From the NCBI GenBank assembly GCA_040756375.1, contig JBFLZC010000018.1, forward strand, positions 43,836 to 107,835: a stretch of DNA of 64,000 nucleotides, read 5' to 3'. Position 1 is the stretch's first letter. Each line of letters opens with the position of its first letter. A model generated the notes under the pieces. It did no database searches, was not told where the DNA came from, and saw nothing but the letters and a program-made list of their open reading frames with translations. The position numbers and the translations under genes were made by a program. Source of the stretch: Thermodesulfobacteriota bacterium (GTDB lineage: Bacteria; Desulfobacterota; Desulfomonilia; Desulfomonilales; Desulfomonilaceae). This document shows positions 29,250 to 37,390 of the stretch, piece after piece.

Positions 29250-29741
29250 ATGAGTAACGATTTCGTTTTCGCGTACGGTTCCAGCATGAACAGCTCCGAT
29301 TTGCGCTCATGGCTGGAGAGTAATGGTTTTGATTCATCGCTCGTGCTGAACCGGTGGCCCGCCACCCTGGAGGGGTACGATCTTGTCTGGAATTACTATT
29401 CCTCCAAGAGGCGAGGAGGATCGGCCAATCTTCAGCCAAAAGAGAAAGCCGTCGTGTGGGGTGTGCTCATCGAGTTCGAAGAGCCGCTCCTGAAGGCATT
29501 CGACCGCAAGGAAGGGCATCCGGTTTTTTATTCCCGAGGCGAGAAGCGCCTTTCGGTGCAGCGGATGACAGACAACCAGAAGGTGGACGCGTGGGTATAC
29601 ACAGCAAAGCCCAATAAGGGAGACCGCACCGACGTTTGGCCCACCAGGGACTACCGGAAGATCGTCCTGGATGCGGCTGAAGAGATGAACTTCCCGGAAG
29701 AGTGTATCGAACGAATCCGAAACTGGAAAACCCAGGATTGA
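29250..29741 (+). CDS. Gamma-glutamylcyclotransferase-like (AIG2/GGCT fold) protein.
   Basis: The N-terminal motif is FAYGSSMN (the YGSL-type motif of GGCT/AIG2). Confidence 0.6.
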   Translation: MSNDFVFAYGSSMNSSDLRSWLESNGFDSSLVLNRWPATLEGYDLVWNYYSSKRRGGSANLQPKEKAVVWGVLIEFEEPLLKAFDRKEGHPVFYSRGEKRLSVQRMTDNQKVDAWVYTAKPNKGDRTDVWPTRDYRKIVLDAAEEMNFPEECIERIRNWKTQD

Positions 29742-29802
29742 AGCATCCCTTTTGTTATATTGATTGCCAATGATTTTGTGCGATTCGCAACGACTGTACT
29801 CT

Positions 29803-29904
29803 GTCATTCCTGCGAAAGCAGGAATCCAGTCTAGGAAGCCCGGTGCAAGGCCTCTCTTCATTCAATTGCTAAGGCTTCTGGATTCCCGCGTACGCGGGAA
29901 TGAC
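29803..29904 (+). repeat. MITE-like palindromic element, copy 1: two hairpins (TCATTCCTGC-GAAA-GCAGGAATC and GATTCCCGCG-TA-CGCGGGAAT) forming terminal inverted repeats.
   Basis: Read directly from the sequence. A second copy lies at 35672..35796. Its translations give the spurious IPAFAGMT / VIPAQAGIQ peptides in the ORF track. Confidence 0.8.
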
Positions 29905-29973
29905 GAACGCTAACCAGCGGGTCAGGGGAAGTTCAAGCGCCTTAAGAGCATCTCAACCGGCGACGCGTGAGCA

Positions 29974-30582
29974 ATGACCACGGAATTGGAATTTCTAGCC
30001 CAGGTGCCCATATTCTCACGGCTCTCTCCCCAAGAGCTCCAGAGAGTCCTTGATCATGCCGAAAGGCAAGAATACCAGGCCGGCGAAGAGATAATCAGGG
30101 AGGGTGAAACGGACGCTCGACTCTTCGTCATCCTGGAAGGCGCGGTGGATGTGATCAAAGACCGGGGCACGCCGAACGAAAAAACCTTTGCCACCATAGG
30201 AATAAGAGACTACTTCGGCGAAATGGCCCTGATCGATAACCTTGCCCGCTCTGCGACCGTTGTAGCGAGAAAGGCAACCAGCGTCCTGTGTATCGATCAG
30301 AAAGGCTTGTACGAGGCGATCGAAAAGAACCCGTCCATCGCAATGGAATTGCTCAAGATGTTCAGTCAACGGGTTCGAGCGCTGGAAAAGTGTATCGTCA
30401 GGAACCTAGGAGGACTGCTGCCGATTTGCATGAATTGCAAGAGTATCCGCGACCAGGGCGGCAACTGGGTGAAGCTGGAAGATTACATTTCAGACCACAC
30501 CGAAGCAGACTTCACCCACGGCATCTGCCCTGAATGCCACAGAAGACTCTACCCGCACCATTTCGCCAAGAAGGAAACATAG
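29974..30582 (+). CDS. Cyclic nucleotide-binding (CAP-effector) domain protein with a C-terminal Cys4-type zinc-ribbon (CMNC...CPEC) instead of an HTH.
   Basis: The cNMP motifs are FGEMALI and RSATVVA. The C-terminus has CxxC-(25)-CxxCH. Confidence 0.7.
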   Translation: MTTELEFLAQVPIFSRLSPQELQRVLDHAERQEYQAGEEIIREGETDARLFVILEGAVDVIKDRGTPNEKTFATIGIRDYFGEMALIDNLARSATVVARKATSVLCIDQKGLYEAIEKNPSIAMELLKMFSQRVRALEKCIVRNLGGLLPICMNCKSIRDQGGNWVKLEDYISDHTEADFTHGICPECHRRLYPHHFAKKET

Positions 30583-30639
30583 CGGGCAGGCACGGCCTGG
30601 GTCCTCTCAGGTATAAATACGGTGTTGAGTCTTGTGCTC

Positions 30640-30696
30640 GTGCCTGTTTTGTCGATTGGTAGCGGCCGGCGTCCCTGCCGGCCATTTGCATTGGTA
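30640..30696. repeat. REP-like GC-rich hairpin (TAGCGGCCGGCGTCCCTGCCGGCCATTTG), left flank of the RAYT gene.
   Basis: Inverted relative to a similar sequence at 31175..31240. Both also share CCGGCCATTTG. Confidence 0.55.
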
Positions 30697-31206
30697 TTAC
30701 CCATAACCTGCCCACTGATAATCCTGAACCTCCGGCCACCTTTTTACCGGGTTGCCGAGAACATATTCGATTTTCTCCAACAGTTCCGCTTCATCTCGGA
30801 TTATTCGATCAAAGTATTCTCTCTGGCATATTGCTCCGATTCTGCCGAAATCTCGCTGGAGTCGATTCGCAGTGAACGACTTCCATGTGTGAACGATGGC
30901 TTGGAGCGAAAATGCTTCTACAGGTGTGACCACAACGTGGACATGGTCATCCATCACCACATAAACAAAGACATCGTATCGCTCTTGGACAAAGCGCTTG
31001 ATAGCCTCCACCACAACGGTCCTTTCATCGAATCGGAGCAGATGCTGCGACTTGGCCAAGCGCCATGTGACAAAATACGTCGAATCTTCCATGCGCCAGT
31101 GAGGAAGCCTCCGACGATATGACGTTAAAGTCGGGGCTCTCATGGAAATTGCATCCTGAAATGCTTCGGTGGGGCAGGTGTCTCTACCGGCCATTTGAAA
31201 CCCCAC
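30697..31206 (-). mobile_element. REP-associated tyrosine transposase (RAYT; IS200/IS605-like Y1 HuH transposase).
   Basis: The translation has RRLPHW, YFVTWR, the HuH motif HVHVVV and C-terminal YVLGNPVKRW with the catalytic Tyr, matching the E. coli TnpA_REP pattern. It is flanked by inverted REP-like hairpins. The true start is probably internal (MRAPT.., about 31143). Confidence 0.75.
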
Positions 31207-31240
31207 TATCGACCGGCGCGGAGGCCGGCCGCTACTATTA
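31175..31240. repeat. REP-like GC-rich hairpin, right flank of the RAYT gene (CTACCGGCCATTTG...CGACCGGCGCGGAGGCCGGCCGCTACTATT).
   Basis: Inverted copy of the left-flank motif. Confidence 0.55.
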
Positions 31241-31247
31241 CAGACTG

Positions 31248-32753
31248 CTAGGCTCCTGGTGTCTTGGTAGTGGCAGTCTTCGACGGGGCTTTGCCTGCTG
31301 CTCGCCCCAGAAATTCCGGGAGTTCCAGTCCCGCCGTTTTTGCCAGCTCATGTATGGGCGGAAGCACCCCGAGCAAACGGCGTCCGAGATCCGAAAGGCC
31401 GCTGTCGCCTCCACCACCGTCCCAGACCACCACCTTTTCAATGGGCAGGTTCTTGACCGCTTCTACTTGGATATGGGTGAGATCCGTGAGCTTTTCGATC
31501 AGGAGCAACGCCGCGGTTAATGAGGGATCTGACGCGCACGATTGCACCAGGGCCTTGTAACCCGCGGCCTTTGCGTCCAACTGAGCTTGAGTGCCTTGAG
31601 CCTCGGCTTGCATCTTCACCAGAACCGATTCTGCTTCGCCTTTAGCCACCAGCACCCTTCTCTGGCGCTCGGCCTCAGCATTAACAACAGCCTTCTGGCG
31701 ATCAGCCTCGGCAGGAACCACCACTTCGGCCTTGAGCCTGGCCTCTTCACGGCGGGATCGAGCCTCTTCCGCAAGCCGCTGCGCCTCTTCCTGTGCGACG
31801 CGAATCGATGCGTCCGCCTGCACTGCCGCTGTCTGGCCTTTGCCTCTCGCTTCTTCTTCCGCCACCTTCTGACCGGCCTGGAACCCGGCCTTCTTCGCAG
31901 TGGCTAAGGTTTCGGTCTCGACCGCCTCAGCATCAAGCAGGGAGACCTTTTGGCGGCGATCTCGTCCGGCTTCGGCCTCTCCCACCGTGGCTCCCGCTTC
32001 AGCCGCTGCCACGGCTTTTCGTCTGTCACGTTCCGCTTCCGCCTCGCCCACCACTGCTTCGGCAGTGGCTGCAGCCACGGCTTTGCGCTGATCGCGCTCT
32101 CGTTCCGCAACACCTATTTTGCCCAGCTTTTCCTGTTCGGCCACGTCGATAAGGGCCTGATTCACCGCTTCGGCCGCAGCCTTACGACCGAGAGCCTTTA
32201 TGTACCCGCTATCGTCTTCGATGTCCTTGATATTGACATTGATAACTGACAGGCCGATCTTCTCCAATTCCACGGAAACCGCATCATTCACTTTGGCCAT
32301 GAATGCCTGACGGTCCCGGTTGATTTCTTCGATCCTCAAGGTGGCGATCACGGCTCGCATCTGGCCGAGTATGATGTCCTGCGCTTGTTTTTGCACTTCT
32401 TCGATAGTCTGCCCCAGGAGACGGACCGCGGCATTCTGCATGATGCCTTCCTCAGTACTGATGGCGGCAGTCACCGTAGTCGGCACCGAGACGCGGATAT
32501 TCTCTTGAGAAAGCGCATTGGTCAGTTCGATGGGAACGACAAAGGGTTCCAGATCCAGCCATTCGTACGATTGCAGTACAGGCCATACGAACGATGCACC
32601 GCCGTGGACGCACTTGGCAGCTCCTTGACCGGTTTTCCCGTACACAACCAAGATCCGGTTCGATGGACACCGTTTGTACCGGCGAATAAACACCCACAAG
32701 AGCAGACACAGAACCAGGGCCAGAATGACTGTCAAGCCGAATGCGGTCGCCAT
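31248..32753 (-). CDS. Flotillin / SPFH (band 7) domain protein (YqiK-like) with an Ala/Glu-rich tandem-repeat coiled-coil region.
   Basis: N-terminal TM segment, then an SPFH domain, then repeats AVAAA(E/T)A...GEAEAERDRRK. A GGAGG RBS precedes the ATG at 32753. Confidence 0.8.
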   Translation of the reverse strand: MATAFGLTVILALVLCLLLWVFIRRYKRCPSNRILVVYGKTGQGAAKCVHGGASFVWPVLQSYEWLDLEPFVVPIELTNALSQENIRVSVPTTVTAAISTEEGIMQNAAVRLLGQTIEEVQKQAQDIILGQMRAVIATLRIEEINRDRQAFMAKVNDAVSVELEKIGLSVINVNIKDIEDDSGYIKALGRKAAAEAVNQALIDVAEQEKLGKIGVAERERDQRKAVAAATAEAVVGEAEAERDRRKAVAAAEAGATVGEAEAGRDRRQKVSLLDAEAVETETLATAKKAGFQAGQKVAEEEARGKGQTAAVQADASIRVAQEEAQRLAEEARSRREEARLKAEVVVPAEADRQKAVVNAEAERQRRVLVAKGEAESVLVKMQAEAQGTQAQLDAKAAGYKALVQSCASDPSLTAALLLIEKLTDLTHIQVEAVKNLPIEKVVVWDGGGGDSGLSDLGRRLLGVLPPIHELAKTAGLELPEFLGRAAGKAPSKTATTKTPGA

Positions 32754-32754
32754 C

Positions 32755-33393
32755 TCACGCCTCCTCAGGATTCGAGATTCGTTCAACTTCCACTAGGGTG
32801 TCATCCAACACACTGACCACTCTCACTTTGGTACCCGCGGGCAGCGGGTCTCCATCGCGGGAGCGAGCGTTTACAAAGCTGATCGCGCCGCTCACCATGA
32901 CTCGGATTTTGCCCGCGCCAACCGCAGGGATGTTCATGTACACTGTGCCCTCTTCGCCGATCGCGCTCCAGACCGATGCATTTCCGTGTTCTTCCTGGCG
33001 AAGCAGCCAGTAGAGCAAGAACGATACGGCAAACATTGCGGCCAAGCCCCACGCGACACTGTAGCAGATCGCAAGTACCGACCACGTGCCACCGGCCAGA
33101 TACAGTGTGCCGGCCCAACTGAATAACATGCCGAACGCGATGAGGGACCGAATGGAAACCAAAGTGAAGGTGACTGCTTCCCCCCCATGCCCGTGCGCGT
33201 GGGCCTCTCCGCCGTGAACATCATGGTCCACGCCACCATGATCGACGCTTGCGTCTGCGACCTGGTCGTGACCATCGGTGTCCATGCCCAGGATCATCAC
33301 GATAATCTGCCAGACAAAGAGAACGGTGAAGGCCAGTGCCGATACTGCGAAGGCCTTGTTGAGAGCGCTGATTCCTTGCCACCAGGCTTCCAT
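32755..33393 (-). CDS. NfeD-like membrane protein (YqiJ-like partner of flotillin) with a His-rich loop.
   Basis: TM helices, a C-terminal OB-fold-like region, and the loop DHGGVDHDVHGGEAHAHGHGGE. A GGAGGTGGAG RBS precedes the ATG at 33393. Confidence 0.65.
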   Translation of the reverse strand: MEAWWQGISALNKAFAVSALAFTVLFVWQIIVMILGMDTDGHDQVADASVDHGGVDHDVHGGEAHAHGHGGEAVTFTLVSIRSLIAFGMLFSWAGTLYLAGGTWSVLAICYSVAWGLAAMFAVSFLLYWLLRQEEHGNASVWSAIGEEGTVYMNIPAVGAGKIRVMVSGAISFVNARSRDGDPLPAGTKVRVVSVLDDTLVEVERISNPEEA

Positions 33394-33740
33394 GGCTCCT
33401 CCACCTCCACGCTTCAATCGGAACTGATGTTAATGGACGAATGTAGTAATTGCAGGACTGGAAATTATCTGGGCTTATTATATGATAGCCTTGCCGTTTT
33501 GAAGACCTGTTACCTAATCGCCGGTCGTGGCATGGCTTTTCCGACCCCAAGAAGAGGCCTGAAGTCACCTCGTACCAGGCCCATCGGTGGCAACACCGGC
33601 GTCGAACTGCTCAAGAAGCTGGTTTCTCTTTATAAGAGCATACATCCCCTTGAGTCCCGCGATCAACCATATTCTTTGAGCAGACATAATGGTTCAGTTA
33701 CGCGGGGCAAGGCACCTACGGTAGCCCAACCGCAATAGTG

Positions 33741-33808
33741 GGACCGGCATCTTGCCGGTCCTCGGACCACGCACATCGGACGCGTGACCGGCAAGATGCC
33801 GGTCCTAC
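33741..33808. repeat. Pair of near-identical palindromes (GACCGGCA-TCT-TGCCGGTC and GACCGGCA-AGA-TGCCGGTC) 20 bp apart.
   Basis: Read directly from the sequence. They lie downstream of the beta-helix gene and upstream of yqiJ. Confidence 0.6.
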
Positions 33809-33939
33809 TGGGGCCCTTCATTCGACCCAAAAGAGCACGTCTTCCTCCGTTCTCACGTAACTGATTGCTTGCGTAAATACGCTAGCGCCGGGCTCAGCCG
33901 GGAAAGGCTTCGTCCGTAGGGCGTCACATTGGCACCGGC

Positions 33940-35583
33940 TCATCTGCCTTCGTATTCGAACGCGCCGATATCGGGAGCTTTGCCCTTGTACGGCAGCGAA
34001 ACGGGGTCGGACCTTTTCCAGGCTATGGGTCTGTCCACCTGAAGGCGCTGCCCGTCAAGGACCGCAGTGACCCTCACCGGCTGATTCCGGCCCACGACAA
34101 TAAGGTCCCCGTCCACGATGCCGAATCCATCGCAAAAGAAAGTGGCATCTTTGACCGGAATAACCGTGCCCGAACCCTCTGCCGTGGCATACGTGAGATA
34201 TTGTCCTGCGTCTATGCAGGGCGATCCCTGCTTTAGTCGATAAATGGCTTTCGCTGGGTCTTCAAAGAGCGGGTCACCTTGAATGTTTCGTTGGAATGAA
34301 GCAAACGAGAGGCTGGTTTCAGCTTCCGCGGGCGACATAATGCTGCTCCCTAAGTGTATCACTTCTTCCCCTTTTTTCGACCCAATAAGGTTGTTTGCCC
34401 ACAGGTCGCCGGATATCTTTCCGCCGGTGTTGTTGTAATAGATTTCCATGCCTTCGCGTTTGCTGCCGTTAAACGCGAAAATATTGTTCTGGAAAACATT
34501 GTCGCCAATGCGGTACGGGAAATCATCGTCTACCGGCCAGTAGAAGGAGGTAATAGCATATCCGAGATTGCCTGCAAAAGTGTTGTTGTAGATGCGATTG
34601 CCGGTCGCGGTTGAATACGTGTAGAAGCCTCGTCTTTCAAAGAATTGATCCCTGGTGGTATAAAGGGAAAATGTGTTGTCATCCAATTTGAGGTGCCCTC
34701 GATTATCAATTACGAGACAATGGCGGAAAATATTGTCCGATCCGGCCATCTGCATAGCATTCGCGTCCTCATTGGCATTTCGGAGAATGCATCCGTCAAA
34801 GATATTTCGATGCGCTCCTCCGGCCAGATTTACCCCATGATGATGAACAGCTGAAAAGACGCATTGAATAAATGCGTTGAACCGTGGAGACTGACCGTGC
34901 GGCCGCATCCCATGTAACATCAAATTCGTGTGCGAACGATCCGACCCCTTATCCGAAAGGCTGCAATTCACGAAGAGATTGTGATGCGCATCTCCCCGGA
35001 GCAGCACGATATCGCCGGTACAGCCCTGCAAGGACACGTTACGGAATGTGTTGTACATGCAGGGTCGGCCGTCTTGGTTTTCCTCCATTACAACGCCGTG
35101 ATAAGCCGCTGTGCTCCCCGAGAATTCGCAGTCCTCGATCACACAATGTTGCGATCCCATCATCTGGGCATATGCAGGATAGTTCTTACCCGGACGCTCA
35201 ACCTTGATTCCCTTCACCACAATGTGCGAACGGCTTTCCAAATTGATGCAAGCTTGAGAATCAGGGTTTTCGTCAAGTACCACTCGATAGTTCTTGTATG
35301 ATCGGTAGGTGATGGACTGTGAAGCCTCTCCCGATGCAAGAGGCGCTATGGATTCAGCGTATCGTCCTTGATGAATAAACACCGTATCTCCGGGCTGAGC
35401 AGACGCATTAGCCTTAGACAAGGTTTTCCATGGGTGGTTTATGGTTCCAAAGTTTGAATCGTCTGCTGAAGGACTTTGGCCATCAACATGATATTCCGCC
35501 GCGAAGGAAAGCCCGGTCCAAAGTGGAAACAGAACAAACAGCCCGCAAGCGAGGGCACGAAGCATAATAGGCTTCGAAGGCAT
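33940..35583 (-). CDS. Secreted right-handed parallel beta-helix repeat protein (pectate-lyase/NosD-like fold).
   Basis: Signal peptide MPSKPIMLRALACGLFVLFPLWTGLSFA. Repeated N(N/T)F..N motifs are present. The longer ORF-track N-terminus (to 35835) is a translation of the MITE copy. Confidence 0.7.
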   Translation of the reverse strand: MPSKPIMLRALACGLFVLFPLWTGLSFAAEYHVDGQSPSADDSNFGTINHPWKTLSKANASAQPGDTVFIHQGRYAESIAPLASGEASQSITYRSYKNYRVVLDENPDSQACINLESRSHIVVKGIKVERPGKNYPAYAQMMGSQHCVIEDCEFSGSTAAYHGVVMEENQDGRPCMYNTFRNVSLQGCTGDIVLLRGDAHHNLFVNCSLSDKGSDRSHTNLMLHGMRPHGQSPRFNAFIQCVFSAVHHHGVNLAGGAHRNIFDGCILRNANEDANAMQMAGSDNIFRHCLVIDNRGHLKLDDNTFSLYTTRDQFFERRGFYTYSTATGNRIYNNTFAGNLGYAITSFYWPVDDDFPYRIGDNVFQNNIFAFNGSKREGMEIYYNNTGGKISGDLWANNLIGSKKGEEVIHLGSSIMSPAEAETSLSFASFQRNIQGDPLFEDPAKAIYRLKQGSPCIDAGQYLTYATAEGSGTVIPVKDATFFCDGFGIVDGDLIVVGRNQPVRVTAVLDGQRLQVDRPIAWKRSDPVSLPYKGKAPDIGAFEYEGR

Positions 35584-35671
35584 CAGTTCCAAGAGGCGTG
35601 TGACAGCGTTCTGTTTCACGCCAATCAACGAGCATACAGATATTATCATCCGATTCGAGGCGGTGCGTTTC

Positions 35672-35796
35672 GTCATTCCTGCGGACCCCGGATCGTGGTC
35701 CGGGGCAGGCCCAGGAATCCAGTTCAGGAAGCACCGTACAAGGGTTTGCACTATCCGAGTCGTATGCTTCTGGATTCCCGCCTGCGCGGGAATGAC
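35672..35796 (+). repeat. MITE-like palindromic element, copy 2 (same orientation as copy 1), with a roughly 25-bp nested hairpin insertion in the first arm.
   Basis: Both terminal hairpins are conserved (GTCATTCCTGCG...CAGGAATCCAG ... CTGGATTCCCGCCTGCGCGGGAATGAC). Confidence 0.8.
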
Positions 35797-35875
35797 GAAA
35801 AAGCTGGCACCAACTTGTGTCACCGTCTTACGCATGTCGTGCCCAAACGTTTGGCGCTATTTCTTAGCAAGGCGT

Positions 35876-37390
35876 TTAGACCAGATTAGGGTCACGGGCT
35901 CGAATGTAGTCTCGCAATTCCTTTGCGATGTCAGAATCAAGTTCGATCCGGTCGTAATCAATCTCCACATTGGCCAAATACTGAAGAATCAAGGCGTCGC
36001 CGTTCTTGAACGCACCGGGAAGTATGCCGGCAAAGAAGAAACCCTCCTCCTCCAGGTCGTGAACTAATGAGGCCGTGTGCGGGTCTGAAAGGTTCAGGTG
36101 CAAACTCATGACTTCTATGTTGTCGCGTACGAGCTGCTTGACCGTGGACCTCAGTTGCGAGACCAAGTCTTGCCCATAGCGCTCGACTTCCATGTACGCA
36201 AAGTTCAAGTGATTGATCACAATGATGTTCATGAGAGCGCGCGCGGGCAGCGTTTTCAGTCCACGGATCGACGGTGTCTCCACATCCACGGACACTCCGA
36301 GATTGTCATAAAGCTTCTCGATCATCTCCTCGTGGTGTATCGGCGCGTATGCGATCAATCGTTCGGGTTTCACGAGGTACAAGAAGTGCGTGAGAAGGCT
36401 CATACGCTGTGAGAGCTGCTCCGAGAAGCCCTTGAAGGTGACGGTGGTGGGTACGAATCCGATGATGAGCGCACAGTCTCTGAGCCCCAATTTGTGGCCG
36501 GTCCGCTGTGAAAAGGTGTGATTGGTGACTGCTTGGCCGTACACTCCCGTTAGGCCCCGATTCCTCGCCAGTTCGATCAAGTATTCCGTGAGGTGCAAAA
36601 AACAGCCGTGGTGGCGATATCCCGGCCTAACCACTCCCTGGCCCAGCTCCGCGATTCGGGAGCCCTCATGCCAGAATATCAATGCACAGTGGCCCACAAT
36701 TTCCTCGTCGTCGCCCAAAGCCACAGCGGAGACTATCTTGCCGCTTTTGTTCAATTCCGCGAGCCGATCCGGGTAGTATACATCTTGATAACCATACGTA
36801 TATCCGTAGGTCTTGTACACTACCTTGGCTACTTCCAGCGCCTCCGAAGGGAGCATAGCACGTACTTCACAGGCTGATTTTTCAGCAGGACCTTCAGGCT
36901 TGACTTCGGCCGGTGCATACGGCCCCAAGTCGCACGCCTCATAGTAATCGGTGATGCTCTTTCCCGCGAGGCGCTTGATCAGGATGGTTTCTTTGCCCTG
37001 CGGGCCCAAGTTGTTGAACGAGACCTGATCCCAATATTGGGTCGGATGAAGGACGTGCCCCGACTCGGCACGTGCCACACTGGGCCGGCCCTCGGTCAAC
37101 TCCTCAGACAGGTCTTCAGGCGCCACGGGCATTCCGCGATCTCGTATGGTGACCTGCAGCCCATCCGGAATTCGTTCGCATAAAACATCAAGAGTGGCTT
37201 TCTCGTTGGGTTCAAATGAATGATCGATGATTGCAGCGATAGCTTCTTCAACCCCAAGACCGACAGCTTCCTGTTCCTCGCTGGAGAAGCCCAGTTTTTG
37301 GGCCACTTGTCGGACGTAATGCGCTGCTATCCTCGCGTAGGTACTATCATTGGGGATGGTCAGCGTTGAATATTCGCACTTGTATTCCAT
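35876..37390 (-). CDS. Fusion protein: N-terminal anti-sigma-factor-like GHKL ATPase (RsbW/SpoIIAB-like) domain, a central GNAT acetyltransferase-like domain and a C-terminal uncharacterised domain.
   Basis: The N-terminal ~100 aa (..VEEAIAAIIDHSF...LQVTIRDRGMPV) resemble HATPase_c_2 serine-kinase/anti-sigma domains. The middle (HCALIFWHEGSRIAELGQGVVRPGYRHHGCF) is GNAT-like. Confidence 0.5.
   Translation of the reverse strand: MEYKCEYSTLTIPNDSTYARIAAHYVRQVAQKLGFSSEEQEAVGLGVEEAIAAIIDHSFEPNEKATLDVLCERIPDGLQVTIRDRGMPVAPEDLSEELTEGRPSVARAESGHVLHPTQYWDQVSFNNLGPQGKETILIKRLAGKSITDYYEACDLGPYAPAEVKPEGPAEKSACEVRAMLPSEALEVAKVVYKTYGYTYGYQDVYYPDRLAELNKSGKIVSAVALGDDEEIVGHCALIFWHEGSRIAELGQGVVRPGYRHHGCFLHLTEYLIELARNRGLTGVYGQAVTNHTFSQRTGHKLGLRDCALIIGFVPTTVTFKGFSEQLSQRMSLLTHFLYLVKPERLIAYAPIHHEEMIEKLYDNLGVSVDVETPSIRGLKTLPARALMNIIVINHLNFAYMEVERYGQDLVSQLRSTVKQLVRDNIEVMSLHLNLSDPHTASLVHDLEEEGFFFAGILPGAFKNGDALILQYLANVEIDYDRIELDSDIAKELRDYIRARDPNLV

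Noticed and set aside
29334-29861. ORFs containing IPAFAGMTE / WIPACAGMTKK / VIPAQAGIQ (29334..29861-, 35600..36067+, and the N-terminal extension of 33940..35835-).
   Set aside because: These peptides are translations of the MITE-like palindromic repeat, not genes. The beta-helix protein most likely starts at the signal-peptide Met (35583).
30622-31122. 166-aa plus-strand ORF opposite the RAYT gene.
   Set aside because: No recognisable motifs. It is fully antisense to the HuH/Tyr transposase ORF, which has clear family signatures.
33187-33738. 183-aa plus-strand ORF in the yqiJ upstream region.
   Set aside because: It overlaps the NfeD-like gene start and the intergenic palindromes, and shows no RBS or family resemblance.
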